Origin: a bacterium
GTDB taxonomy: Bacteria; Omnitrophota; Gorgyraeia; Zapsychrales; Zapsychraceae
DNA length: 64,000 nt
NCBI GenBank assembly: GCA_030429765.1
Contig: JAUIER010000005.1
Location: forward strand, 3,175 to 67,174
Direction of reading: 5' to 3'
Below the pieces are notes generated by a model. That model was not told where the DNA came from. It was given only the letters and a program-made list of their open reading frames with translations, and did not search any database. The position numbers were made by a program, and so were the translations under genes. Positions 7,418 to 17,983 of the stretch are shown here, piece after piece; positions within the stretch are counted from its first letter, which is position 1, and every line of letters starts with the position of its first letter.

Positions 7418-10400
7418 TTATTCTGGAAAAAACGGCCCATCATACCATTCCACTCCCCATCCGGGTGTGTAATGCTCCCACTGTGGCTGTGGCTTAGGAT
7501 GTCTGGGACCAGCCGGAAAGGGAAATTTGGGCTTATATGGCCTCACTCCTGTCCCAGGATTACTGGTTGGTAAATTTAATGCAGTTTGTGCTTCTAACCC
7601 CGGCTTATAAGGAGGCTTAACGCTAGGCCCTGTAAAATATTTAGTCTTGTACCATGGTTGTTCTGCTGGATAGTATTGCCAATATTTTGGCTTTTTCGAA
7701 TCCTGTATCAAGTAAGTAACTCCAGCAACTAATAGTAAAAGAAGAGCAATAGGCAATATTCCACAGCTAGATATAGCTGACCCTGTTCCTGCTGCTCCTG
7801 CTACTGCTGCCGTTTCTGCTACTTGCAAACCTAATGGATCCGTAAAATTAATTGGATTGGATAACACATATTCAAACAAATTCATCGAATCATAGTAGCC
7901 CAACGGATCCCTTTGCAAAAATCGACCTATGTCTGGATCATATGCTCTGGCGCGGTAGTGGTAAATACCGATTTCTGTGTCAAATCGACGTCCAGTAAAA
8001 TAATACGGATTACCTATTGATGACAGCGATGTAGTGATCTTTCCATATGGATCATAATCATAAGTTTCCAGAACTGTCCCCGATGAGTTTGAAATATTAC
8101 GAATACTATTTAAACCGTCAAAATGATAATAGTAGGTTGTGGAACTACGATCCATAGTAAGGACTTCGTCGATCCCTCGCCCCATGACGTAATCTGCTTG
8201 CAGAACATTCGAAGAACTATATTCCTCTATTACTTCCGATCCATCGTAAACAAAATAAGTCGTCGTACCATCAACTGTCTTACTGACTCGCCGATTAAAC
8301 GCATCATATTCGTATGTTGCGGTATGCGATGAGTTTTGCATTTGGATAAGCCTGTTCTGCTCATCATACGTATACGTGTTGGTTCCATCTGATTGAAGGT
8401 TATCATTGGAGTCATACGTGTATGTCTGTGTGCCGACTTGATCGTATTGATTTAGGTTATTTGACGTATAGCTAGCACTATCGGCTGTTGTACGATTACC
8501 CACATTATCATACGCGTAACTATGCGTCTGAGCACCTGTCACACCCGTCAACTCATAAATATCGTTATAAGCATAGGTCTGCGTTGCACCGCCTGTTGTC
8601 ATGGTTAGTCGATTGCTCACGTTATCGTATGTGTAATCGAACGTTGAAACGTTCGTTGACGGCAACACATCATTCTTGAGCTGAAGCAACTGATTGGCGA
8701 TGTCATAATCATAATCTGCCACAGGCAAATTGGTATTGATAAACGACTTCTTCGTTCGTCGATTCAGCGGATCGTAGGTGTAATCGAGCAATCCCGCCGT
8801 ATTAACGTCGATATCCGTCATCCGATTCAGATCATCATACGCGTAATCAACAACCTTACCCGACGGATACGTCAACTTGGTTCGATTGCCGTAGTCATCG
8901 TAATTGAAAGTTAGCGTGTAGTTGTTTGAGTTTAGGGTTTGGGTGGTGGTGGCCACACGGTTTAAGGCATCATATGTGTAACCCACACTACTGGCTGTCG
9001 TATCTGCATCCGTCAACCGCGACCCCACATCATACGTGTATGTAACATCCAGATTGCTATCCGTCGTGTACGTTTTGTCAGTCCGGCGGTTAAGGACGTC
9101 GTAAACATAATCAATCGCGTTCCCGCTTGGCGTCGTATGCTTGGTCAGGTTAGAATTCTTGTCGTACTGATACGTACTTCCACTGGAATCCGCGTAAGTC
9201 TTACTGGTGCGCCGATCAAACCCGTCATACGCGTAATCGGTGGCATTACTTTCCGCATCCGTAATCTTGACCAAATTACCGTTCTTATCGTAATCATATT
9301 GCGTCACACCCTGCGGCGTATTGGCATCTTTATGTTCAAATAACAAGTCCCGTTCATCATAAACATATGTCGTCACATTGGTCTCGGCATCCGTCACCGT
9401 CGCTACATTCTCGCTAAGATCATAGGTATACGTCATTGTCCGGTTCAGCGGGTCCTTCATGGTCAGCACATTATTGAGAATGTCATACGTGTACTCGATG
9501 GTCTGCCACACCGTCACCGGATCATCGGCCTGACGTTCGAGCTTCGTCACATTCCCGTTCTGATCATAGGTGTATTTGGTCTCATAACCCAGATCATTAG
9601 TAGTCTTGATCAACCAGCCTAACTCATTGTAGTCCAGGTCAGTCACATTGGTATTGGCATCAGTGATCGTATCCACATTCCCATACGTATCGTATGTTAA
9701 AGACGTAATCGCGTTAATCCCGGATGGATCGCGGATAACATCCTTAAGATAACCGGTTGTTGCATGGTAGGCAAACTGAGTGATATTCCCGTTGGGATTC
9801 TGTGTTTCCGTGATCTGTCCATAGGCATTATACGTAAAATGGGTCGTCGGCGTCTGACTGTTCACCGTTGGCTGCTCGAGCTTAACCACATTCCCGGCTG
9901 CACCATATTTGGGATCGCTCGTCGGCAGGTCATAATCAAACGTATAGGTGTAGGTATTCCCCTTAGGATCGGTAATCGTACGAACCTGATTGAAATTAGA
10001 CTCATAGATAAAATCCGTCACAATATCATTGGTATTGTTATCAGCCAGCGCCATATCCGCTTTTTGACGGACTTGCAGGACATTGCCGCGGGCACGGCGA
10101 TCGGTATTTGTGATGTCATACACATACTTGACCCCATTTCCTTCCGGATACGTAACCGTCTCCAGCTGACGCTCTGAATTGTAGGTATAACTAGTAATAT
10201 AAGAGGCCGGATCTCCCGTACGAATCCCTTGTGTGAAGACTTCTTTGGATAACAGAGCTGCGTTTCCATCAAAATTGTAGGTCGTGACCATACCGCGCCG
10301 ATCCGTCACCGTTGTGGTATTGACGCCATAGGAAAACAAGTAATATCCAGAACCCAAATCCTGCCGCTCGACACGTCCTTCGGAGTCATACGTATTTGTC

Positions 10401-11509
10401 AGAAACACCTGACTCTTGGCATCGGTAATTGTCAGCATGTTATGACTGGTATCATAGGTAAAACTCTTGGTTAATCCCGCCGGATACTGAGCTGACGTTG
10501 GTTTGGTGATACTTAGTAGATGCGCGGAATTGGCATCGTAGGTGAAGGTGATCGTTCGTCCGGCATAGTCCACTATCGAACTTAGTTTTCCATCCGAATT
10601 ATAATTGAGATCAATTTCCCGTCCGACCGTATCAATAATCTTAGTTAGCTGGTAGTCATACCCGACAACAACAGGCGTTAAAGACTTACTAAAATCTGAA
10701 TGCGCGTGAATAGGAATAGCACCACTCGGATTATATTGGAAGGTTATCTGATTTCCGTGGCGGTCCACTATCGCCGTTAATTTACCATCAATATCAAATT
10801 CATATTTGGTTCCATTGGGTCGGGTCATGCTCCACGATCCATCGACATTTTGTACCAATGTTCTGAATACCCCAGCTGGAGCTTCATAAACTCCGGCATT
10901 ATAGGTAAATTCATCCTGCCGGCCATTCTCTGAAATTACAATTGCGTTACCATTACTCATCGGACGGACACGGTAGTAATAACTCATCGTCCACCCATAG
11001 CCAAACTGACCGTTGTAATTTTTGCCGCTACGGTATAAGTGATTAATAGCGACATTGAGGCCTCGCCCGGGAATATATAGGTCTGTGCAATAATAGTAGA
11101 ACTCACCACTGTGCAGGTATACTGGGTCAGCACCCGTTTCAGAACCTTCTCCTGGCTTTGGTGTGTTCTCGGAAGGATTCCGCGCTTCAAAACAACCTCC
11201 GCCAAGTGTAGGCATACCATTTGGATTTTGCTTTGGTTGTGGTTTCTGTGAAGAGTCTTCTGTCTCCGGGACCGGCTGCTTATCGCCATTGGGAAGTGCA
11301 CCTCCACCATCGCCACCCGGTGGCTGGCCTTGTTGCGCTTGATCATTTACCGGGGCAGGCGCTGGAAGCGAATCTCCAAAATCTACACCACCAACCCCAT
11401 CCCAAGGATTGACATGAAGAGCCATGGCCGAATATGGAACAATACAGCTCCAGGCAAACGTTAGCAATGTGATAAAGGCAATCGACTGAAGTTTTTTGAA
11501 TATTTTCAT
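7418..11509 (-). CDS. Rhs/YD-repeat polymorphic toxin with N-terminal signal peptide
   Basis: Sec signal, Pro/Gly/Gln linker, GADPV plus DUF6531-like domain, many YD repeats, core end RAYDPDIGRFLQRDPLG...NPINFTDPLGL, and a ~130-aa variable C-terminus. Confidence 0.96.
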   Translation of the reverse strand: MKIFKKLQSIAFITLLTFAWSCIVPYSAMALHVNPWDGVGGVDFGDSLPAPAPVNDQAQQGQPPGGDGGGALPNGDKQPVPETEDSSQKPQPKQNPNGMPTLGGGCFEARNPSENTPKPGEGSETGADPVYLHSGEFYYYCTDLYIPGRGLNVAINHLYRSGKNYNGQFGYGWTMSYYYRVRPMSNGNAIVISENGRQDEFTYNAGVYEAPAGVFRTLVQNVDGSWSMTRPNGTKYEFDIDGKLTAIVDRHGNQITFQYNPSGAIPIHAHSDFSKSLTPVVVGYDYQLTKIIDTVGREIDLNYNSDGKLSSIVDYAGRTITFTYDANSAHLLSITKPTSAQYPAGLTKSFTYDTSHNMLTITDAKSQVFLTNTYDSEGRVERQDLGSGYYLFSYGVNTTTVTDRRGMVTTYNFDGNAALLSKEVFTQGIRTGDPASYITSYTYNSERQLETVTYPEGNGVKYVYDITNTDRRARGNVLQVRQKADMALADNNTNDIVTDFIYESNFNQVRTITDPKGNTYTYTFDYDLPTSDPKYGAAGNVVKLEQPTVNSQTPTTHFTYNAYGQITETQNPNGNITQFAYHATTGYLKDVIRDPSGINAITSLTYDTYGNVDTITDANTNVTDLDYNELGWLIKTTNDLGYETKYTYDQNGNVTKLERQADDPVTVWQTIEYTYDILNNVLTMKDPLNRTMTYTYDLSENVATVTDAETNVTTYVYDERDLLFEHKDANTPQGVTQYDYDKNGNLVKITDAESNATDYAYDGFDRRTSKTYADSSGSTYQYDKNSNLTKHTTPSGNAIDYVYDVLNRRTDKTYTTDSNLDVTYTYDVGSRLTDADTTASSVGYTYDALNRVATTTQTLNSNNYTLTFNYDDYGNRTKLTYPSGKVVDYAYDDLNRMTDIDVNTAGLLDYTYDPLNRRTKKSFINTNLPVADYDYDIANQLLQLKNDVLPSTNVSTFDYTYDNVSNRLTMTTGGATQTYAYNDIYELTGVTGAQTHSYAYDNVGNRTTADSASYTSNNLNQYDQVGTQTYTYDSNDNLQSDGTNTYTYDEQNRLIQMQNSSHTATYEYDAFNRRVSKTVDGTTTYFVYDGSEVIEEYSSSNVLQADYVMGRGIDEVLTMDRSSTTYYYHFDGLNSIRNISNSSGTVLETYDYDPYGKITTSLSSIGNPYYFTGRRFDTEIGIYHYRARAYDPDIGRFLQRDPLGYYDSMNLFEYVLSNPINFTDPLGLQVAETAAVAGAAGTGSAISSCGILPIALLLLLVAGVTYLIQDSKKPKYWQYYPAEQPWYKTKYFTGPSVKPPYKPGLEAQTALNLPTSNPGTGVRPYKPKFPFPAGPRHPKPQPQWEHYTPGWGVEWYDGPFFPE

Positions 11510-11541
11510 GATAGCTCTTGGTTATCCATGGTGAATGATTT

Positions 11542-12249
11542 TCATTTTACGAAAAAAGGAATACTAACCGTTCCGATTTCGCCCTCATATCCAACGACAT
11601 TCACTGTCAGTGTATGCCGTCCTTTCGATAATCCTTTGGCGTTAAGTTCGTAGTTAAATGGATTGACTCCCTGCTCATCTTCCATCAAAAATGTATTGTC
11701 GAGGTACATACCAATCTCAAACTGGCTTTCGTTAAGCCATTTGATATCCCGAGCATCAATCATGATCCTCACAGGTACATCCGTATTTCCGCTAATTTGA
11801 GCCATGCCGTTGTCCATGTCGGCGTCCGGAAATTCAACTTCAAAGCGGGGAACTTTACGATACCCCCGGATGGGTGAATCGTAACTCTGTCGCTTATTCT
11901 CATCCGTAGGTAGACAGGCAATGATCAACATATAATCCGGTCGTTTCCCAAAACTCACAAGTCCGCTTGAATCTGTGAAGTCCCACTGTTCGGTATGTGA
12001 CCCTGCCTTTCGAGGCTCCCAATCCAGCAGATTTCGAAGCAGTGGACCTCCTTTGGCTATGCCGATTCGAAGCCGTACAAGCGCGTCTTCCGGCAGGCTA
12101 TACTTTATTTCCCCTGTTTGCGAATCGAAAGAGACATCCGTTGGCACAATTTCAGGATACTGATACCCGCTTTCTGCTGGATATGCTGTTGATCCGCAGA
12201 CGCCAAGAAAGAGACAAAGGAAAAAACTAGAAAGAACGCTGAGTTTCAT
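11542..12249 (-). CDS. exported FlgD/Ig-like domain protein
   Basis: Signal peptide; IKYSLPEDALVRLRI...LRNLLDWEPRKAGSHTEQWD (FlgD Ig-like) and a second Ig domain ending GRHTLTVNVV. Confidence 0.7.
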   Translation of the reverse strand: MKLSVLSSFFLCLFLGVCGSTAYPAESGYQYPEIVPTDVSFDSQTGEIKYSLPEDALVRLRIGIAKGGPLLRNLLDWEPRKAGSHTEQWDFTDSSGLVSFGKRPDYMLIIACLPTDENKRQSYDSPIRGYRKVPRFEVEFPDADMDNGMAQISGNTDVPVRIMIDARDIKWLNESQFEIGMYLDNTFLMEDEQGVNPFNYELNAKGLSKGRHTLTVNVVGYEGEIGTVSIPFFVK

Positions 12250-12258
12250 ATAGTTGCT

Positions 12259-12774
12259 TTAATCAATGACTTCGATCGATTGAATCTGTGAAGCCAAGAC
12301 CTGATTATTTTGGTCGATAACTTCAATCCTGACTTCATACGTACCTGGTTGCTGTCCTTTAAAATTTTGTTTAAATGCAAAAGGAAGAAATGACTCTTTA
12401 TAGCGTTCAATCTGACGACCGTTCAAATAATACGCGATATCATATGGCCCCTCGGTCACATTGGTGCCAGCTATTAGATCAATCCTGAATTCGTGGATAT
12501 TCTTAACTTGAGTCCCTTTGTTGTCCCTGCCAAACTTTCGTTTGCTGAAGACCACATCTGCTTGACGCATTTTCGTTCGTCGTACGTTCTCCAGCACGAC
12601 CTTAGCATTACGAGCTTTCTGTTCTTCGGCCCGCGTAAAGGCTTGAATAGAATTTTCACCCGGCGGCGTGGCGCCTGCCAGAGAAACGCTCACCAAACTA
12701 ATAGCCATGGGTAGGATTAGGCTTGGAATATATCTATTCTTCAGATACGTCATATTATTTTTCTCCTGCTGCAC
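12259..12774 (-). CDS. exported Ig-like domain protein (start probably 12753)
   Basis: Signal peptide; C-terminal YYLNG...PFAF......PGTYEVRIEVID. Confidence 0.6.
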   Translation of the reverse strand: MQQEKNNMTYLKNRYIPSLILPMAISLVSVSLAGATPPGENSIQAFTRAEEQKARNAKVVLENVRRTKMRQADVVFSKRKFGRDNKGTQVKNIHEFRIDLIAGTNVTEGPYDIAYYLNGRQIERYKESFLPFAFKQNFKGQQPGTYEVRIEVIDQNNQVLASQIQSIEVID

Positions 12775-13630
12775 ACCATCTGGGCTCTATCGCCTCTGAC
12801 GTTCCGTCAGTCAGCTGTTTGACATTGGAACCGTCTAAATCCATTAGCCATAGTTGCTGAACGCCTGATCGGGTTGAGGTGAAAACCACTCTTTGACTGT
12901 CCGCCGCTACATCAGGCGTAGTATCCAAATCTTCGTTATTTGTTATCGATTTAACCTTTTTTGATTCGACATTCACTACGTATATCTCGTAATCCTGACC
13001 ATCACGATTGGAGGCAAAGATTATATTCGCACCGTCCGGTGTAAAGCGTGGATGGACGTCCAGTCCGTCGGCCTTCGTGATCTGTACTCGCTCCTTACTT
13101 TCCGGACTGATTGTCCAAATATTGTGTTCCAATTGTCCGTCCGCGCTGACAAACGCGACTTGATCACATGTCGGACTAAAACTTGGGTGATACTTCAAAT
13201 ACTTGTCCTGTGTGACCATCCGGGTCTCATCTCCAGTCATGTCCGAAACCCAAATATCGCTAATGTCAATTTCTCTGGGATTAAACCGTACAAACAATAA
13301 CTTCTGAATACCGTCGCAATAGTCCGGACTATTAATCGAATTGTATCGGCTCAACAACTCTGTTTCTTGACCATTCTCCAGACTGTATTGATATAATTTC
13401 CCGTTATTACTTCGATACACAACTTGCTGAGTTGAATCAATACAGACCGGACTGCGCTTATCGCGCTTACTGGTTGTCAATTGAGTAGGCTCACTCCCAT
13501 CTTCATTAATCATCCAGATCTGCCAGTAACCATCCGTCAGCCGGGAGTATACGACCTGTTCCTGAGCCGAGGCTGTCACGGGGCTGGACAGTAGTCCTAT
13601 CAATACTATGAAAAAGATCGTTCTTGGCAT
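12755..13630 (-). CDS. exported TolB-like (PD40) beta-propeller protein
   Basis: Signal peptide; repeats HPSFSPT, HPRFTPDG..IIFASNRDG, QIWMI..DGS..TQLT; no TolB N-domain. Confidence 0.88.
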   Translation of the reverse strand: MPRTIFFIVLIGLLSSPVTASAQEQVVYSRLTDGYWQIWMINEDGSEPTQLTTSKRDKRSPVCIDSTQQVVYRSNNGKLYQYSLENGQETELLSRYNSINSPDYCDGIQKLLFVRFNPREIDISDIWVSDMTGDETRMVTQDKYLKYHPSFSPTCDQVAFVSADGQLEHNIWTISPESKERVQITKADGLDVHPRFTPDGANIIFASNRDGQDYEIYVVNVESKKVKSITNNEDLDTTPDVAADSQRVVFTSTRSGVQQLWLMDLDGSNVKQLTDGTSEAIEPRWCAAGEK

Positions 13631-16600
13631 CTACTCAAATACGGTAATGTTTCCGTCAATCACCTGGGTTGTCGAGTCTTTTGTCACGGATAATCTGATT
13701 TTGTAATGCCCTTCGGTATCTACAAACTTACCTAAATCATTCAAGCCATCCCACTCTACCGTATGGCTTCCGATATTAGTGAACACATTATTAACTAAGG
13801 TCGCCACCGTCTGATCCTGGGTATCAACAATGGTTAGGGTAACGTTCCCCGATTCGGATATAGTATATTCAATCTCCGTCGATTGACCGTAGACCGGATA
13901 TATAACATAGGGGTCGGCCTGAATAGTTGATGTAGTTAGGCCTGGATGATTGTCAACAATAATCGCATTGTCGGGCAAAATCTTAGACCATGCCAATACC
14001 GTATGGTCGTCTGCCACAGGCATATCTCCATCATCCGTACGACCGTCCCAAATAACAGTATTACCGGTCGTATCACTCGGAAGATACTCCACGAGGCGTC
14101 GATCCATGTAATGCTCGCCATGCCGGCCTACCCAGAGAATCACCCAGGACGGAACGCTGACGTCATAAGAAACAGTGACCGTTTCACCTTGATATGGATT
14201 GAATGTCGCCGGTGTGACACTCATATTCGAGAAAGTCGCCGTACCGGAGACATATTCGGGATCATAGGTGAAATTCATTGTAGAATCGACTGCGTCAATT
14301 GTATATACATATGCCGAGTCATCCAAATCAGTATTAGTGGAATCTTTTCCATTCCATACAAAGGTATTGGCTCCGGCTGTCCGGGCTGAATTTAGCAACA
14401 GTGTATCTTCATACACCCGGTAATATTTGCCATTCGAGATGTACACATCTCCTTTGTATATTTTGATCGTCACATCCGCGTCCCGATCCAGCGTAAAATT
14501 GATAGTTGATGTCTGTCCACTGCCAGGATCGATGGAAGTGTCTGTGTGCGAAACATTGGTTATCAAATCATTTGGATAAGCCTGCCCCCAAATTCGAGCA
14601 TCAGTAACCATATGATTGAAATAATAGATACTGCTGTCTACGAACAAAGAATTGGAACTGGCCACCGTGCTTGTATAAAATACCATTTCATTTTTGAGAT
14701 ACGTGATCGTCGTTCCAGTGCGCTCAATTTTAATCTTATCACCGGCCTGATACGGACCAAAATCTCCCCTGGAGACACCACTTTCATAAACTTCAAGCGT
14801 TTGGTTGTCTGTGACATATATTCCATAATCGATGGTTTCCCAGCTGTTATTAGTATTGGTGTCCGATAGACCGACAATATAGGCCTTATCGATATTTGTC
14901 ATCTCGAAATCAAGTGCAAAATCTCCGGTAAATATTCCGGTTGATATGGCACCGGCATTTCCCCATCCTGCTCCGATATTCTTTTGTAAGTCATTTCCAT
15001 AAGCAACTCCTCCAACAATATCTCGCCATACGACATCCGAATTAATGTCCGGCTTGGCACTCACGACGTTTGACGCTCCACCGGAGCCAATCGCATTCTT
15101 GGTGACAACTCTAAATTGATAAGACGTACCATTAGATAAACCTGTAATCGTTGCACCGGTCACAGCGTCATCTGCGTATGTTGAGCCAAAAGTCCCACTG
15201 GCCACCGTGCCGTATTCTACATCATACCCCGTAATAACTGAGCCTCCGTTGGAAGGTGCGGACCAATACAAACTAGCACTTGAGTCATCAGCTTGCACAT
15301 ATAGATCATTCACAGCCCCAGGAACGGTCGGGACAACGCCTAAAAATTTAGCATCCTGTATGGTTGCTCCATAGTCATAAAATGCTGTATCTACGAGCAA
15401 AACTCCTGCACTTGGTACAGAACTGCGGTAAAAAACAACACCGTTTTTATGATAGGATATTTCCGAACCATTCCGTACTATCTGAAATTTATCACCCGTC
15501 TGATACGTACTTAAATTACCTCTATCAGTCCCCCCTTCGTAAACATGTACCACACCACCTGGAATCAGGTCTATGGCATAGTCAATTGTAGTATAATTGG
15601 CATCTACATTGACATCTGAAAACCCGCACAAACGATAAGTTGTTGTTTCATTGGCTGTAAATTCTATTCCGAAATCCCCTTCAAAAGATGACGTTGAAGC
15701 CCCGCCAGCAGCACCCCATCCTCCCCCCATAGAGGTCTTAGCCAAATCGTTTCCCGTGGCGCCAACTCCGACAAAATCGGTCCATACAACATCGATTGGC
15801 ACTCGAGGTGTAATTGTAAGAATGTTGGATGCCTGGCCGCTCCCGTTGGCATTCTTGGCTACAATTCTAAACTGATAAGAGGCCCCTGTTGTGAGTCCCG
15901 TGACTGTCGCGCCAGGTACAGCGTCATCCGTATAGGTGGAAGCAAAAGTTCCGCTACTGACTAAACCATACTGAACCTCATACTCCGTTATTGGGGAACC
16001 ATTGCTGGCAGGTGCGGACCAATCCAAGTCGATACTGGTACCTTGGGAAATCCCAATCAAATCAGATACAGCGTCTGGTGCCGACGTCGAAATTCCAAAA
16101 AACTGTGCGTTCGTAATCGTTGATCCGTTCCAGTTCAATGCAGCATCGACAAGCAATGCTCCGGAACTTGGCGTAGCACTTGTGTAGAAAGTGACACCGT
16201 TCTTTTTGTACAGAATACTGGTCCCCATGCGTTCAACCGCAAAAATATCTCCCGATTGATACGTTCCAAAGGCCCCCTTATAGCTCCCGTTTTCATAAAC
16301 CTGAACACCAGCGCTCGAGGTCAAATAAAGAGCATAGTCAATAGACGTATAGTTGGCATTCACGTTGACATCGGACAAACCGCACATTCGGTGCTTATTG
16401 GTTTCAGTTGCCTCAAATTGAACACCGAAATTACCGGTCTGCGTAGAGTCCGAAGCCGCACCTGCAACACCCCATGTACCCCCGACATTCTGGGTGATGG
16501 TGTTGCCTGTTGCTGTAACGCCAACCAAATCCGTCCATACGACATCAACCAGGGCACTTGGCGTGACAAGGACAACATTTGACGCTGGTCCCGTACCAAT

Positions 16601-17404
16601 CGAATTTTTGGCCACAACCCTGAACTGATACTCTGTACCAGTCGTCAAACCTGTAATTGTGGCACCCGGGCTGGCATCGTCCGTATAAGTTGAACCAAAC
16701 GTACCGCTGGTGACAGTCCCGTACTGAACCTCGTACTCAGTTATGGCTGAGCCTCCATCCGACGGTGCCGACCATGACAATATGGCGGTGGTCGTTGTAA
16801 AATCCGATGACAAATCATTGATTGCACCGGGCGCTTGAGCAGGAACACCTGTAAATTTTGCATCGAGAATACTGCGATTGGTGTAGTAAAAACTGGTATC
16901 TGCCAATAAATCGCCAGTGCTAGAGATGGTGCTTGTATAAAATGTAGTTCCGTTTTTCTTATACGTAATCGTTGTCCCTGTTCTTTCTACCTTAAATACA
17001 TCCGAGAGACTAAACGATCCGAAACTTCCTCTCAAAGTGCCACTTTCATACACCTCGACTGTCGCTGAATTAGAGAAATAAATGGCATAATCAATGGTAT
17101 CCCAGTCCGCATCTGCGTTTGTACTGGAGAGACCACACAGAGTGTTATTGTAGGAAAGTGTATTTGTGGAAAATTCTAAACCGAAATCTCCGCTATGTTT
17201 ATCCGTAGAGGCCGCTCCTCCATTGTTCCAACCATTTCCAGCGGTTTTGGTGAGATCATTCCCGCTGGCGGACACACCCACCAGATCCGTCCAGACGACA
17301 TCAACATCTGCCGCATAGACGCAAGGAACCATGATTATTAAAAACATCCAAATTATAGAGATTTTAAGTAAATGGGTGAGAATCGGGAGTTTTTTTCTGC
17401 GCAT
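13631..17404 (-). CDS. large exported adhesin-like protein: 4x ConA/SPRY-like beta-sandwich, 3x fibronectin III, 3x FlgD Ig-like
   Basis: Four repeats starting DVVWTDLVGV alternate with FN3 repeats (LSWSAPSDGGSAITEYEVQY...TEYQFRVVAKNSIG); C-terminal FlgD-like repeats (FVWNGKD, VIWDGRTD, VEWDGLND). Confidence 0.85.
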   Translation of the reverse strand: MRRKKLPILTHLLKISIIWMFLIIMVPCVYAADVDVVWTDLVGVSASGNDLTKTAGNGWNNGGAASTDKHSGDFGLEFSTNTLSYNNTLCGLSSTNADADWDTIDYAIYFSNSATVEVYESGTLRGSFGSFSLSDVFKVERTGTTITYKKNGTTFYTSTISSTGDLLADTSFYYTNRSILDAKFTGVPAQAPGAINDLSSDFTTTTAILSWSAPSDGGSAITEYEVQYGTVTSGTFGSTYTDDASPGATITGLTTGTEYQFRVVAKNSIGTGPASNVVLVTPSALVDVVWTDLVGVTATGNTITQNVGGTWGVAGAASDSTQTGNFGVQFEATETNKHRMCGLSDVNVNANYTSIDYALYLTSSAGVQVYENGSYKGAFGTYQSGDIFAVERMGTSILYKKNGVTFYTSATPSSGALLVDAALNWNGSTITNAQFFGISTSAPDAVSDLIGISQGTSIDLDWSAPASNGSPITEYEVQYGLVSSGTFASTYTDDAVPGATVTGLTTGASYQFRIVAKNANGSGQASNILTITPRVPIDVVWTDFVGVGATGNDLAKTSMGGGWGAAGGASTSSFEGDFGIEFTANETTTYRLCGFSDVNVDANYTTIDYAIDLIPGGVVHVYEGGTDRGNLSTYQTGDKFQIVRNGSEISYHKNGVVFYRSSVPSAGVLLVDTAFYDYGATIQDAKFLGVVPTVPGAVNDLYVQADDSSASLYWSAPSNGGSVITGYDVEYGTVASGTFGSTYADDAVTGATITGLSNGTSYQFRVVTKNAIGSGGASNVVSAKPDINSDVVWRDIVGGVAYGNDLQKNIGAGWGNAGAISTGIFTGDFALDFEMTNIDKAYIVGLSDTNTNNSWETIDYGIYVTDNQTLEVYESGVSRGDFGPYQAGDKIKIERTGTTITYLKNEMVFYTSTVASSNSLFVDSSIYYFNHMVTDARIWGQAYPNDLITNVSHTDTSIDPGSGQTSTINFTLDRDADVTIKIYKGDVYISNGKYYRVYEDTLLLNSARTAGANTFVWNGKDSTNTDLDDSAYVYTIDAVDSTMNFTYDPEYVSGTATFSNMSVTPATFNPYQGETVTVSYDVSVPSWVILWVGRHGEHYMDRRLVEYLPSDTTGNTVIWDGRTDDGDMPVADDHTVLAWSKILPDNAIIVDNHPGLTTSTIQADPYVIYPVYGQSTEIEYTISESGNVTLTIVDTQDQTVATLVNNVFTNIGSHTVEWDGLNDLGKFVDTEGHYKIRLSVTKDSTTQVIDGNITVFE

Positions 17405-17983
17405 ACAAGTTTCCTAAAGAATTCGAAGAGAAGAACTTTGATTGCAAAAAGAAAAAAGTAATTAGCGCAGAAAAAATAGACTGAAATGCCGTATCTTTTT
17501 TATCTTACAAAATTTGTACTCCAAAGTAAAGGCCAAATCAGCGTCAAGACCAACTTTTTTTATAATCGGATTACTTTTGGATAGTTAAATGTCACTTTAG
17601 ATCAGTTTTAATGGATCTATATCCATCAAGATTCTACCAAACCTAAATCGCATGAAAAATGCAGCCCGATCTTGACTCCTGAAGGCTGCATTGTTTCTAG
17701 AGATTGTTATCAAAACGTTATCGCGGGCAATCCAATTAACATCTCCTTAAACAAAATCTTTTACAAAATCAGCATTTGCAAATATTTATGCACTCTAACT
17801 AATCTTCTTATAAATTCGACCTTTAGGTTACATACCTATTGATGCAATTTTATGTTCCCTCAAATCCAAAAAATATTGGTTGTATTTTATCAACGCTCAA
17901 TATAGGATGAAAACCCATAGTAAAAATACAGCCTATTTGCAGAGCACTCTAAAAAGACACTACTTCGAATTAAGGACTATTTC

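Noticed and set aside
7418-11509. T6SS-associated Rhs effector
   Set aside because: No PAAR/VgrG/EagR in the window, and the N-terminus looks like a cleavable Sec signal
12755-13630. Genuine tolB of a Tol-Pal operon
   Set aside because: Lacks the TolB N-terminal domain and has no tolQRA/pal neighbours
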